DNA of 64,000 nt from Clostridiales bacterium (GTDB taxonomy: Bacteria; Bacillota; Clostridia; Oscillospirales; CAG-272). The notes beneath the pieces were generated by a model. The model did not search any database. It saw only the letters and a list, made by a program, of their open reading frames with translations, and had not been told where the DNA came from. Positions 28,546 to 38,333 of this stretch are shown one piece after another (the first letter of the stretch is position 1; each line of letters begins with the position of its first letter). The position numbers and the translations under genes were made by a program. Location: assembly GCA_024693345.1 (NCBI GenBank), contig JAILLB010000122.1:38523-102522 (forward strand), given 5' to 3'.

Positions 28546-29760
28546 ATGTCCGAAAAAACAATCACGCCCGTTCTTCTCGGAGCTGAACTGAATGCTTACA
28601 GTGTTGCAAGGGCTTTTAATGAAAAATTCAATTCTGTATCTTATGCATTTGGAAAAGTTGCCTTAGGCTTTACGTCAAACAGTTCAATTATAAAGGTTAG
28701 AATTGTTGATGATTTGGCTGATGAAAGCAGAACAATTCCAATGCTCATCGATTTTGCTCGCAAGCACCAAAATGAAGAACTGTATCTTCTCGGCTGTACG
28801 GATGAATTTGCAGAAATGATCATCAACCACAGAGATGAACTGGGACAATACTATTTCACACCATACATCACAAGTGATCTTGCAAAACAATTGATTTCAA
28901 AAGAAGCATTTTACACGATGTGTGATAAATACGGCATCGATTATCCAAAGACATACATATTCAGAAGCGATTCGGATTATTCCGTTTTGGATTCAGGTCT
29001 TCCCTTCGATTATCCGATTATTATAAAGCCATCCAAATCTGCTTCATACTGGATTCATCCGTTTGAAGGGATGAAAAAGGTATACTCTGCAGACAACAGC
29101 GAAGAAGCAAAACGCATTGTTAAACAGATATTTGATGCCGGATATGATGATTCTCTCATAATACAGGACACAATACCCGGAGACGATTCAAAAATGTATG
29201 TCTTGACAAACTATTCTGACACCGACGGTAAAGTTAGAATGATGAATCTGGGACACGTACTCCTTCAGGAGCACACCCCAAAAGGCATGGGTAATCACAC
29301 TGCGGTTATTACGGAGTATCACGAAGAAATTGTCAGCAAACTCAGAGACTTCCTCAATGAAATCAAATATGTTGGCTTTTCTAACTTTGACATCAAGTTT
29401 GATGAACGAGACAAGAAATTCAAAGTATTTGAGATTAATCTGAGACAAGGACGAAGCAACTATTACGTAACATCATCAGGAAACAACATTGCAGAGTGCC
29501 TGTACAACAACAGACACAATTGTTATGACAATGACATTAGTATCTGCAAATCACCTTTTTTCTGGATTACTGTGCCAAAGAGAATTGTGTATAAGTACAC
29601 TGATGACAAATCCATGGTTCAAAGGTTGAAAAAACTTGTAAAAGAAGGAAAAAGCGCCTCTTCACTATGGTATAAAAAGGATTTGAAAAATCCAAAAAGA
29701 CTATTCTTCGTTTTGGTTCATTCATACAGATATTTCGGAAAATATAAAAAGTATCACTGA
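28546..29760 (+). CDS. ATP-grasp carboxylate-amine ligase, D-aspartate ligase (Asl)-like
   Basis: 404 aa. PVLLGAELNAYSVARAFNE start, IIIKPSKS, IIQDTIPGDDSKMYVL and FEINLRQGRSNYYVT. From memory this resembles the Enterococcus faecium Aslfm family. Followed by an aspartate racemase. Confidence 0.65.
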   Translation: MSEKTITPVLLGAELNAYSVARAFNEKFNSVSYAFGKVALGFTSNSSIIKVRIVDDLADESRTIPMLIDFARKHQNEELYLLGCTDEFAEMIINHRDELGQYYFTPYITSDLAKQLISKEAFYTMCDKYGIDYPKTYIFRSDSDYSVLDSGLPFDYPIIIKPSKSASYWIHPFEGMKKVYSADNSEEAKRIVKQIFDAGYDDSLIIQDTIPGDDSKMYVLTNYSDTDGKVRMMNLGHVLLQEHTPKGMGNHTAVITEYHEEIVSKLRDFLNEIKYVGFSNFDIKFDERDKKFKVFEINLRQGRSNYYVTSSGNNIAECLYNNRHNCYDNDISICKSPFFWITVPKRIVYKYTDDKSMVQRLKKLVKEGKSASSLWYKKDLKNPKRLFFVLVHSYRYFGKYKKYH

Positions 29761-29773
29761 TTTAGGAAAACAA

Positions 29774-30499
29774 ATGACAGACAAAAGGAAATTGGGAATA
29801 CTCGGAGGTCTTGGCCCGATGGCCAGTGTCATTTTTTACAAAATGATTACTGAGCATACAAAAGCATCATGTGATCAGGATCATCTTGACGTCATAGTGC
29901 TTAGCGGGGCCAGTACGCCTGACAGAACAGAGTTTATCACAGGTAAATGTAATGTCTCACCTCTCCCAAAAATGATTGAAGGAATTGAATTGCTGGAAAA
30001 TGCAGGAGCAGAAATTATTTCTGTTCCATGTAATACCGCGCATTTCTTCTATGATGAACTGAATAAAGCTTCCAGAGTACCTGTTTTGAATATTGTCGAA
30101 CTCACAGCCGGATACATCAAAAGAATAGGGGCAAAAAGAGTTGGTCTTCTTGCTACCGACGGCACAATTCAGTCCGGTTCATACAAACGCGAATGCGACA
30201 GACTTGGCATGGAATGCATTGTCCCAGATGAATACAACCAAAAGATAATAATGGACATAATATACAACAAAATCAAGAACAATAACGATACTGACCCGAC
30301 TGATTTTTTTGAAGTCGCCAAGTCTTTACACGAAAGGAATTGCGACTGCCTTCTCATAGGGTGTACGGAATTGTCTTTGATTCCACTTGACAACGCACCT
30401 TCCGAGCTGAGATTTGTTGATTCTCTGGAAGTACTGGCAAAGGTTTCAATCGAAGAATGCGGATGCGAGCCTATTGGCTTTGACAATTTGATGCTATGA
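29774..30499 (+). CDS. Aspartate racemase (Asp/Glu racemase family)
   Basis: 241 aa. LGILGGLGPMAS start. The two catalytic-Cys regions are VPCNTAHFF and IGCTELSL. Confidence 0.85.
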   Translation: MTDKRKLGILGGLGPMASVIFYKMITEHTKASCDQDHLDVIVLSGASTPDRTEFITGKCNVSPLPKMIEGIELLENAGAEIISVPCNTAHFFYDELNKASRVPVLNIVELTAGYIKRIGAKRVGLLATDGTIQSGSYKRECDRLGMECIVPDEYNQKIIMDIIYNKIKNNNDTDPTDFFEVAKSLHERNCDCLLIGCTELSLIPLDNAPSELRFVDSLEVLAKVSIEECGCEPIGFDNLML

Positions 30500-31938
30500 G
30501 ACTGGATGTTTTGCTTAAAGGCCTTAATTATACAATTTTTAACCGTGGTTTTGCGCCGACAAAAACACTCGCAGGCATTGAAGTTTCCAGGATAGCGTAT
30601 AATTCTTCAAAATGCAATGATAATTCCCTTTTTGTTTGCATCAAAGGGGCGCGTGTAGACGGCCACGATTATGCAAATGACGCATATAACAGAGGCGCAA
30701 GGGTGATTGTGTGCGAACGAGAACTTAATTTGCCTGATGATTGTCTACAAATTCTTTCGTCAGACACAGAGATTGCACTTGCAGTAATATCTGCCAACTG
30801 GTTCAACCATCCGGAAACGAAAATAAAATTGATTGGAATAACGGGCACAAAAGGAAAAACAAGCTGCTCGTATATGATTGCCAAAGTGTTAAATGACAGC
30901 GCTCGAAAAACAGCTATTATTGGGACTTGCGGCGTTACGCTTCTTGACAGAGTCATTCAGACGGACAATACTACTCCGGGAAGTCTTGAACTTTATGGCT
31001 TTTTGAATCTTATGGCAAATGAACAGTATGAATTCTGCGTCATTGAAGTTTCTTCTCAGGCCATCAAGCATAACAGAATATTTGGACTGTGGTTTGATTA
31101 TGCCGTTTTCACAAACCTGTCTCCCGATCACATAGGGCCAGGTGAACACGAGAGTTTTGAAGAATACAAAGAGTTTAAAAAGCAGCTGTTCTCTCTTTCA
31201 AATACATCCATTATTAATATTGATGACGATTACTCGGTAGAATTCACAGAAGCATCAACAGGAAGTTTGTACACATATTCTGTCGAAGGAAGAAGATGCA
31301 GCCTGACTGCGCATAACATTTATGAGGAAGGAACCAAAACACATTATTCAGTCGACGGCATTGAATCTTATCTGCCAATGCTCGGTAAGTATTCCGTGTC
31401 CAATGCCCTTGCATCAATGCTGTGTGCAAAACTGCTGGACATTCCTTACAATGTTTCAACTGATTCTCTGAAAGATATATCTGTCCCCGGAAGGTTTCAA
31501 ATTGTAGACACACCAATGAGTAATGTGACTTTCATTATTGACTATGCGCATAACGGAGACAGCATGGAAAAGCTTCTGTCCTCTTTAAAGCCCAAAAACA
31601 GGCTTATTTGCTTATTTGGCTCTGTTGGAGGGCGAACACAAATAAGAAGAAAAGAACTTGCTCTGGCGGCCTCAAAATACGCCGATTTCTGTATCATAAC
31701 ATCGGACAATCCAAACAATGAGCCTCCCGAGAACATTGCTGCAGAAATAGCCAGATATTTAACAGTGGATTATATTATCATCAACGACAGAAAAGAAGCA
31801 ATCAAATATGCTGTATCCAATTCTGAAGATGGAGACATTGTGGTCTTTGCAGGAAAAGGACATGAGAAATACCAGTTAATAAATTGTGTCAAAGAACCAT
31901 TTGATGAAGAATCACTGATTAAAGGATATGCATCATAA
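30496..31938 (+). CDS. murE: UDP-N-acetylmuramoyl-L-alanyl-D-glutamate ligase (MurE); third-residue specificity probably not meso-DAP
   Basis: Mur ligase P-loop GITGTKGKTS and DYAHNGDS. The specificity motif reads DNPN (IITSDNPNNEPP) instead of the DNPR of DAP-adding MurE. Confidence 0.85.
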   Translation: MRLDVLLKGLNYTIFNRGFAPTKTLAGIEVSRIAYNSSKCNDNSLFVCIKGARVDGHDYANDAYNRGARVIVCERELNLPDDCLQILSSDTEIALAVISANWFNHPETKIKLIGITGTKGKTSCSYMIAKVLNDSARKTAIIGTCGVTLLDRVIQTDNTTPGSLELYGFLNLMANEQYEFCVIEVSSQAIKHNRIFGLWFDYAVFTNLSPDHIGPGEHESFEEYKEFKKQLFSLSNTSIINIDDDYSVEFTEASTGSLYTYSVEGRRCSLTAHNIYEEGTKTHYSVDGIESYLPMLGKYSVSNALASMLCAKLLDIPYNVSTDSLKDISVPGRFQIVDTPMSNVTFIIDYAHNGDSMEKLLSSLKPKNRLICLFGSVGGRTQIRRKELALAASKYADFCIITSDNPNNEPPENIAAEIARYLTVDYIIINDRKEAIKYAVSNSEDGDIVVFAGKGHEKYQLINCVKEPFDEESLIKGYAS

Positions 31939-31953
31939 ACACAAAATTAAAAC

Positions 31954-31976
31954 GGACCGATGACAATCATCGGTCC
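31954..31976. terminator. Bidirectional terminator between murE and the EamA gene
   Basis: Stem GGACCGATG / CATCGGTCC with a 5-nt loop. T-rich tract on the minus strand (GTTTTAATTTT). Confidence 0.75.
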
Positions 31977-31991
31977 TCAATTATTACAAAA

Positions 31992-32951
31992 TCACTTTTG
32001 TTCTTGTTCAGTTGGCTGAATGGCGAGTTCATTCTCATCTGTGTTCTCTGCATCATTAGGAGAATCATTCTTTTTGGCAAATCTCGAAAAATCCAATTGA
32101 GATATCAAAACCGCAGCAAACACGACCAAGAACCCTATTTCTTTTGTCAGATTGAACTCTTCATAACCGGCTATAAACGATGCTATGGTTCCGAATACCG
32201 CCTCAAGAGACAGAATAATCGCTCCATCATTTGCATCTCCATATTTCAAGCCAAAGTTTTGTAGCATAAAGCATAATGCAGTTGCTCCGAGGGTAAGAAT
32301 TGCCAGTGATGGAACCATTTCCATTTCAATCTTGGGATATGATCCCTCAAAGATTAAACTGAAAATAAAAGAAAAAACTGCAACAAATGCAAATGAGAGC
32401 ACTGACAGCACATAAAGATTGCTCTGTTTTGAGAACTTGTTCTGATAAGTAATCTGAAATGCGAAAAACAAACTGCATGCAAGCGTTAGCAAATCACCGA
32501 GTTGAGGCATGAACTCTTCACCGGCAAAGTTCAAAGAAATAAGACCTATTCCTATGACGCACAAAACCGCAGATATCAGATTTTTCTTCTTTGGTCTTTG
32601 TTTAAGAGCAAACCAGCTGACAAAAGGAACCAACACACAATACACCACTGTTAGAAAAGCGTTCTTGCCTGGCGAAGTATATTTCAACCCATATGTCTGA
32701 AACATATAGGCAACAAATGTAACAAAGCCTATGATGGAACTGTGAAATAGTGTTTTCCAAGTAAAATACTTCCACTTTCTGATAAAAAGAAGCGCCACTA
32801 CCAAAGCAGCTATTCCGAATCTCAAGGAAACAAGTTGGGCGGGCTTGAATGAATCCAGTGAGTTTTTCATTATTACGAAAGATATACCCCATATTATGGT
32901 AGTAATCAACATTGCCGAAGTGGCCAAAAACTTAATGTTACTTTTCTTCAT
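31992..32951 (-). CDS. EamA/DMT-superfamily transporter
   Basis: 319 aa with about 10 TM helices in two EamA-like halves. Acidic C-terminal tail. Confidence 0.8.
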   Translation of the reverse strand: MKKSNIKFLATSAMLITTIIWGISFVIMKNSLDSFKPAQLVSLRFGIAALVVALLFIRKWKYFTWKTLFHSSIIGFVTFVAYMFQTYGLKYTSPGKNAFLTVVYCVLVPFVSWFALKQRPKKKNLISAVLCVIGIGLISLNFAGEEFMPQLGDLLTLACSLFFAFQITYQNKFSKQSNLYVLSVLSFAFVAVFSFIFSLIFEGSYPKIEMEMVPSLAILTLGATALCFMLQNFGLKYGDANDGAIILSLEAVFGTIASFIAGYEEFNLTKEIGFLVVFAAVLISQLDFSRFAKKNDSPNDAENTDENELAIQPTEQEQK

Positions 32952-32955
32952 GTAG

Positions 32956-32990
32956 CTAAAATATCGGCAAAAAAGCCACTGTTTCTCCTT
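32956..32990 (-). promoter_or_regulatory. 7-codon upstream ORF (GTG-GCT-TTT-TTG-CCG-ATA-TTT-TAG) with its own AAGGAG RBS, ending 4 nt before the EamA ATG
   Basis: The minus strand reads AAGGAGaaacaGTGGCTTTTTTGCCGATATTTTAGctacATG. The EamA ATG itself has no Shine-Dalgarno sequence. Confidence 0.35.
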
Positions 32991-33089
32991 TCGTAATAAT
33001 TGCTGTTTTTTTCCGCAGCAGCCGTAGTATTTTAATACATGTCAATGGTGTTTTTCAAGGAATTTTGGTAAATGTATAATAATTCGCGT

Positions 33090-33119
33090 TTATGCATTTA
33101 TGCATTATTTTTATGCATA
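33090..33119. repeat. Three copies of TTATGCAT (palindromic ATGCAT core) within 30 bp
   Basis: TTATGCAT at 33090, 33098 and 33111. Located between the lipoprotein terminator and the putative EamA promoter (TTGAAA-18-TAAAAT on the minus strand). Confidence 0.5.
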
Positions 33120-33125
33120 AAATAA

Positions 33126-33145
33126 TCACCCGCCGAAGCGGGTGA
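33126..33145 (-). terminator. Terminator after the lipoprotein gene
   Basis: Stem TCACCCGC / GCGGGTGA with a 4-nt loop. T-rich sequence follows on both strands. Confidence 0.8.
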
Positions 33146-33165
33146 TCTGTTTTTGTTAATCCAAC

Positions 33166-36100
33166 TTATGCGTTGTTGTTCTCATCGAGGAATTCTTTTA
33201 GCCCTGCCTGAAGTGTTGCAATAATTGATGTGAAGAGATATCCTGATTTTTCTGTCTTGAGTTCAGCAGATGCATTTGCACAATATGCAGCAACATCATT
33301 TGTATCCTTGATTCCCTTTACATATTCTGCACTCGTGTTCAAGAGGAAGTCCTCAATTCCAAGAATATTGCTGAAGTATTCTTTTTCTATGATTTCGAAT
33401 ATTATATCTTCAATCTTGTCCGGATCCATATCTGGAACTTTTTCAAGATCATAACCAAGTGCTACAAAGTCATCTTTGAAACTGTCAATAAGTTTTTGAA
33501 TGTTGCTCTGATAACTTGAAGCATTTGATTTTGCCAAGCTGTAGTCTGACAACGAAGTACCAACGAGCTTAGCTGTTTCATTTGTATAGAAACCATAATT
33601 ATAGATTGCTTCGTATACTGCGTCCTGGATTTCATTGTACTTCAGATTGTTTGCATATGATGAGGAATAATAAGCTCTGAGCGTGTAAATATTCTTCGTT
33701 CTCATCTGGTTAACATACTGAATATACTCACCACAGTTAACTGCGCCTTCTGTCATAGCCCCATATGACATACCTGCAACTCCTGCCATTGTGTGATAAA
33801 TCTGAGTTTTATCTTCAATGAAAGAGTTCAGAACGGCCTGAAGAACTTCAACCGCAGTAAGCGCGTAGTTTCCTGACTCTTTGTACTCTTCGTTTGAATA
33901 GTACTCAAGGATTCTGTTCTTGTACGTTGATTTTACTCTGTTGATGTAACTTGTGTAACCATTCTTGTCTCTGCTCTTCAAAGCATCGAGTTCAGCCTTT
34001 GTTATTCCGAATGGCGAAAGAATCTCATCGTATACACTTGTTTCATACTTAAGAACAGTTGTTCCTTCATTTGCAACAAATTCATTATATAGTTCTGTGT
34101 GAATCTGGTTATAAATCTGAACAGGTGTTTTTGATGCAAGATCAGAACCAGAAAAACCGGAAACTTTACTCAAAAGATCTGAATAGTACGATGTGAGCTT
34201 ATCCACACCCTCAATGAAGTCCTTAGATTCATTATATTTTGCATTAATTTCATCCCAAGTAACTGTGTACTGGTTCCCGAGGTTATCATAGAAAGACATT
34301 TCAGATGTGATGTATTCTTTTACAAGAGCATCATATTGGCTTTCAGAAAGGTTGTTGTCTGAGATAAATGTCTTTGTTACGTATTCAATAACAGCTTTTT
34401 CAAATTCTGCAGCTGTCATGTCATTATAAGCTGCCAGCTCTTCATCACTTGCCTCTGTGAACAACAGCACTTCAGCCATAATTCTCAGATATCTGATATT
34501 TGTGTAGTAGTCAGCTGCTTTTTTTCTGTTATCTTCAAACTTGTCATACTTAATTCCGAGTATTTCAGCGATCTTATCCTGAATTTGCTTGTTAAGTCCG
34601 GGCTCGGTAACAATGCTCTTGTAAAGATTGCATGAATAGTAATCAGCAATCTTCTCTCTAAACCAGTCATTGCTTCTTACCGAAGTGCCACTGAATGCAC
34701 TGGCTAGTGCGCTTTCTGAAATACCTTCATCTCTCAAGCACTGGTACAAGTATTCCTTGTGAGCGTTCTTGAGTTTTGTCATGTTTGTGGTACCTTCGGC
34801 CGTTGACAATGAATTTACGAATGAATCGTATGTTATTCCCAATACCTTTTCAACAGCTTCAGTCATTTCAGCTCTGTAGATGAACGTATTGAGCTGACTT
34901 TCAAGTGAGTCATCACTTATCGGATAAACCAGGAATGGTGACAAAGCACTGTCGAGGTTTGTCGTCTTGTAATATGTCCACAAATCCGCAAGCATACCTT
35001 CTTCAGGATAACCCATCAGAACGTTACCTGTGAGAAGTGTGTCCATCATATATGAATCGTTAAGTCTCGTTATTGTCTTTCCATCATCATTTACTGTGTA
35101 GTTGTCACCTTCGATACCATACTGGAGGAGATTCTTGAGTTCCTTATTTGTTGTAATCGCCTGGATAACTTCAAGCGCTCTCGTATCATCCTGTGTATAC
35201 TTTGATACCGCAAGCATTCCGTCGAATATTATATCCTTCTCAACATAAGGCTTCTGAATAATCTCAACCTGATAATCATCGCCATATGTATCCGGAACTG
35301 ATGCGTCGCCTTTTACTACCTTAACCGCAAATCCTTCACCTTTTTCAGTGAAAAATCCCTTTTCGGTGTAGTTCTCCATAAGTGTGCAGTAATCAACGTA
35401 TTGTTTGATATCGAAAAGGTTTTTAATCTCGAATGTTGTTCCTTCCTCCGCATTATATCCGACCATTGGATCATAATAAGTCGCAATAGCAACATCTTCA
35501 CCAAATGGATAGAATATTCCAAGACAATCCGGTACTCCTTCAAACGGAGTTACATTTTCGTTTTCCTTAACTTGAGTCAGAAATTCTTCAAGATCAGCAA
35601 ATCCATTGAATGTGTTAATGTTGAAATTGTATTTCTCTGCAAGTTTTTCATCAACAACCAGGTATGTATATTCAGCGAGCAATGTGTTGGTAGGAATAGC
35701 ATAAGTTCCACCTGAAAGTGAACTAATCTGCGATAGGAATGTTGGATAAATGAACTGGGCAAAAGCGGTATAATCCGCAATGGATGATCCGGATTTGATC
35801 AGAGATGCCATGTCAGACAATACGTCAAGCTTCATGAATTCACTGAACATCTCATATCCGTCAATCATCAAGATATCCAAAGGAGAATACGGATCAGGAT
35901 ACAGTGTGGATATGAGACCATTTTCATCTATGGTCGTCTGTTCTGCCGTGTATTTTTCCCTTGAAGTAACTGTATCTGCAACAACGGTAACTGCAGCCTT
36001 CTTCCATTTTCCAAAGAAAGAAGTATTTGAAGTCGCAGAAGCGGCTGCCTGTTTATTGGCAACTCTTTGAGCATACGTGTTGTATTTGGCAACTGCAGCA

Positions 36101-36408
36101 TCGAGATCAAGAAGGTAATTAGCCTCATCAATTCTCGATTGGACAAGTTCCATATACTTGTCTTCTGTGACAAGTGTGAGTTTTATCTTTGTTTCGTACG
36201 TATTGCTGAGAATGTTATTGATTGCATCTTCAACCATCTGAATTGCTTCAGGTGTGGTGCTCTCTTTTGTTATTCCTATGAAATTCAGTGTCATGGGAAG
36301 TCTCAGATCGGTTTCTTCATCATTTGAACCGGTACTACAACCCGCAAGCACAAATGTCATAGCCAACATAACAACAGCAATGATTGCACTTAGAATCTTT
36401 TTTAACAT
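33166..36408 (-). CDS. Large lipoprotein (1080 aa); the N-terminal half resembles extracellular solute-binding proteins, the C-terminal half is unassigned
   Basis: Lipoprotein signal peptide MLKKILSAIIAVVMLAMTFVLAGC (lipobox LAGC). The first ~500 aa resemble large family-1 sugar-binding lipoproteins by eye. The remaining ~550 aa are helical and Tyr/Glu/Asn-rich. No ABC permease or ATPase gene nearby. Confidence 0.7.
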   Translation of the reverse strand: MLKKILSAIIAVVMLAMTFVLAGCSTGSNDEETDLRLPMTLNFIGITKESTTPEAIQMVEDAINNILSNTYETKIKLTLVTEDKYMELVQSRIDEANYLLDLDAAVAKYNTYAQRVANKQAAASATSNTSFFGKWKKAAVTVVADTVTSREKYTAEQTTIDENGLISTLYPDPYSPLDILMIDGYEMFSEFMKLDVLSDMASLIKSGSSIADYTAFAQFIYPTFLSQISSLSGGTYAIPTNTLLAEYTYLVVDEKLAEKYNFNINTFNGFADLEEFLTQVKENENVTPFEGVPDCLGIFYPFGEDVAIATYYDPMVGYNAEEGTTFEIKNLFDIKQYVDYCTLMENYTEKGFFTEKGEGFAVKVVKGDASVPDTYGDDYQVEIIQKPYVEKDIIFDGMLAVSKYTQDDTRALEVIQAITTNKELKNLLQYGIEGDNYTVNDDGKTITRLNDSYMMDTLLTGNVLMGYPEEGMLADLWTYYKTTNLDSALSPFLVYPISDDSLESQLNTFIYRAEMTEAVEKVLGITYDSFVNSLSTAEGTTNMTKLKNAHKEYLYQCLRDEGISESALASAFSGTSVRSNDWFREKIADYYSCNLYKSIVTEPGLNKQIQDKIAEILGIKYDKFEDNRKKAADYYTNIRYLRIMAEVLLFTEASDEELAAYNDMTAAEFEKAVIEYVTKTFISDNNLSESQYDALVKEYITSEMSFYDNLGNQYTVTWDEINAKYNESKDFIEGVDKLTSYYSDLLSKVSGFSGSDLASKTPVQIYNQIHTELYNEFVANEGTTVLKYETSVYDEILSPFGITKAELDALKSRDKNGYTSYINRVKSTYKNRILEYYSNEEYKESGNYALTAVEVLQAVLNSFIEDKTQIYHTMAGVAGMSYGAMTEGAVNCGEYIQYVNQMRTKNIYTLRAYYSSSYANNLKYNEIQDAVYEAIYNYGFYTNETAKLVGTSLSDYSLAKSNASSYQSNIQKLIDSFKDDFVALGYDLEKVPDMDPDKIEDIIFEIIEKEYFSNILGIEDFLLNTSAEYVKGIKDTNDVAAYCANASAELKTEKSGYLFTSIIATLQAGLKEFLDENNNA

Positions 36409-36465
36409 TTACCTAATCCTCCAAAAATGCTCGCAGTAATATGTAAAAATATAACTACTCAAGTA

Positions 36466-36494
36466 ATTTTATCAAAACACCATATTTATGTCAA
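36466..36494 (-). promoter_or_regulatory. Sigma-A type promoter of the lipoprotein gene
   Basis: The minus strand reads TTGACA (36494-89), 17-nt spacer, TAAAAT (36471-66), about 55 nt upstream of the ATG. GGAGG RBS present. Confidence 0.65.
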
Positions 36495-36563
36495 CTACGA
36501 CACATCTTCAATGGTATACAAGTTTTGGGTGGTTTTATTGTGAAAATTGACCATTATTTGGAA

Positions 36564-38324
36564 TTATTCCAAGAAGTCTTTCAGTTTGTTGGCCCTACTC
36601 GGAAGTCTCATTTTTCTTAAAGCTTTTGCCTCAATTTGTCTGATTCTTTCACGGGTAATGTTGAATAAAGCACCAACTTCTTCAAGAGTTCTCGGACGTC
36701 CGTCATCAAGGCCGAATCTAAGCTTAAGAACAACTTCCTCTCTTGGAGTAAGGGTGTGAAGTACTTCGTTCAACTGTTCCTTGAGCATTGAATATGCAGT
36801 AACTTCATCCGGAGCCGGTGACTCTTTGTCTTCAATAAAATCGCCAATTTTGCTATCGTCTTCTTCGCCGACAGTCATTTCCAGTGAAATGGGCTCCTGT
36901 TTTGCCTTCATCACTTCATTGACTCTTTGAACGCTGATACCGAGTTCTTTTGCGATTTCTTCAGGAGTGGGTTCGCATCCGTTTTCCTGGAACTTCTGCC
37001 TTGCAACTTTGGATACACTTTGGAGTGTTTCAGTCACGTGAACAGGAATTCTAATTGTTCTTGACTGATCAGCAATAGCTCTTGTTATTGCCTGTCTAAT
37101 CCACCATGTTGCGTATGTGGAGAATTTCAGATTGAGAGTGTAATCAAACTTGTCAATTGCCTTCATCAATCCAAGGTTTCCTTCTTGAATAAGGTCAAGA
37201 AGAGGAAGACCTTTTCCGACATATCTCCTTGCGATGCTTACAACAAGTCTCAAATTTGACTTTATCAACTCTTCCCTTGCGTCCATGTCGCCTTCAGAAT
37301 ATCTTCTGGCAAGTTCCTGCTCCTGTTCCTGAGTTAACAAAGGAGTTTTTCCTATTTCTGTCAGGTACATCTTTACAGGATCGGTATTCGAGTTGTCATT
37401 CTCAAGGCCTATGTTGATGATATCTTTCTCTAATTCAGCATCAAATCCTTCGGATTCCAGATTTTCTTCATCATCAAGAGATTCATCGAAGAAGTCTGTG
37501 ACTTCATATCCAAGTCCGTCGAGAGTTTCATACAGCTTTTCGACTTGATCCATATCATAATCGTCACCGAAAGCTGCCATTATGTCGGCATTTGATATAG
37601 AACCTTTGTTTTTTGCTTTTTCAATAACTTTGTGGAGAATTTCAGTTGGCTCACCCTGCTCACGATCAGACTGCTGGTCATCATAATCACCATAGTCATC
37701 ATCTTCGTTGTCAGTTACGTCACCGCCTTCCTGGCTATCGAACATTTCAGCTCTCTTTTTTCCCTTCTTGGGAAGCTTGGGCTCGATATAGGAATCCAAA
37801 TCTTCATCCTCGAGATTTAATTCCTGTTTATCTTCTAGAATCTCCTGAGTTTTTTCTTTCTTTGGTGATTTTTTCCTTGTCGTTTTTGGGGCTACGGATT
37901 CATTAGCAATTTCAGGTTCCTTTACATCACCAATCTTAACCTCCTTATTTTCTTTGGAAATGGATTTCTTTGACTTTGAAACCTTTTTTTCTTCTTTGTC
38001 GGATTTTTCTTCGACCTGGGACTGGCTATCTTCCTTTTTTCCAGCAGTTTTCTTCTCCTTCGGTATCTTTTCAGCAACTGTCTCTTTTGAACTTGTTGCT
38101 TTCTTAGAAGAGGTTTTCTTTGTTACTTTAACGTCTTCATCATTCTTTTTGGCTGTTTTTTCTTTTTTGCTTTTAGAAACGGTCTTTTTTACGGCACCTT
38201 CTTTAGAAATGACAGCCTCTTTTTTTACACTTTTCTTTGACGATGTCTTTTTCACTTCAGGCACCTTCTTAACTTCTTCTTTTTCAGCAACCTCTGCTGT
38301 TTCGACTTTTTTCTTGTTAGCCAT
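36564..38324 (-). CDS. Sigma-70 family factor, group-1-like paralog with a long lysine-rich N-terminal extension (586 aa)
   Basis: The C-terminal ~290 aa carry regions 1.2 to 4.2 ([62 protein letters not shown]). The N-terminal ~190 aa are K/E/S/T low-complexity sequence ([17 protein letters not shown]...), followed by an acidic stretch. Confidence 0.9.
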   Translation of the reverse strand: MANKKKVETAEVAEKEEVKKVPEVKKTSSKKSVKKEAVISKEGAVKKTVSKSKKEKTAKKNDEDVKVTKKTSSKKATSSKETVAEKIPKEKKTAGKKEDSQSQVEEKSDKEEKKVSKSKKSISKENKEVKIGDVKEPEIANESVAPKTTRKKSPKKEKTQEILEDKQELNLEDEDLDSYIEPKLPKKGKKRAEMFDSQEGGDVTDNEDDDYGDYDDQQSDREQGEPTEILHKVIEKAKNKGSISNADIMAAFGDDYDMDQVEKLYETLDGLGYEVTDFFDESLDDEENLESEGFDAELEKDIINIGLENDNSNTDPVKMYLTEIGKTPLLTQEQEQELARRYSEGDMDAREELIKSNLRLVVSIARRYVGKGLPLLDLIQEGNLGLMKAIDKFDYTLNLKFSTYATWWIRQAITRAIADQSRTIRIPVHVTETLQSVSKVARQKFQENGCEPTPEEIAKELGISVQRVNEVMKAKQEPISLEMTVGEEDDSKIGDFIEDKESPAPDEVTAYSMLKEQLNEVLHTLTPREEVVLKLRFGLDDGRPRTLEEVGALFNITRERIRQIEAKALRKMRLPSRANKLKDFLE

Positions 38325-38333
38325 TGTTTTCTC

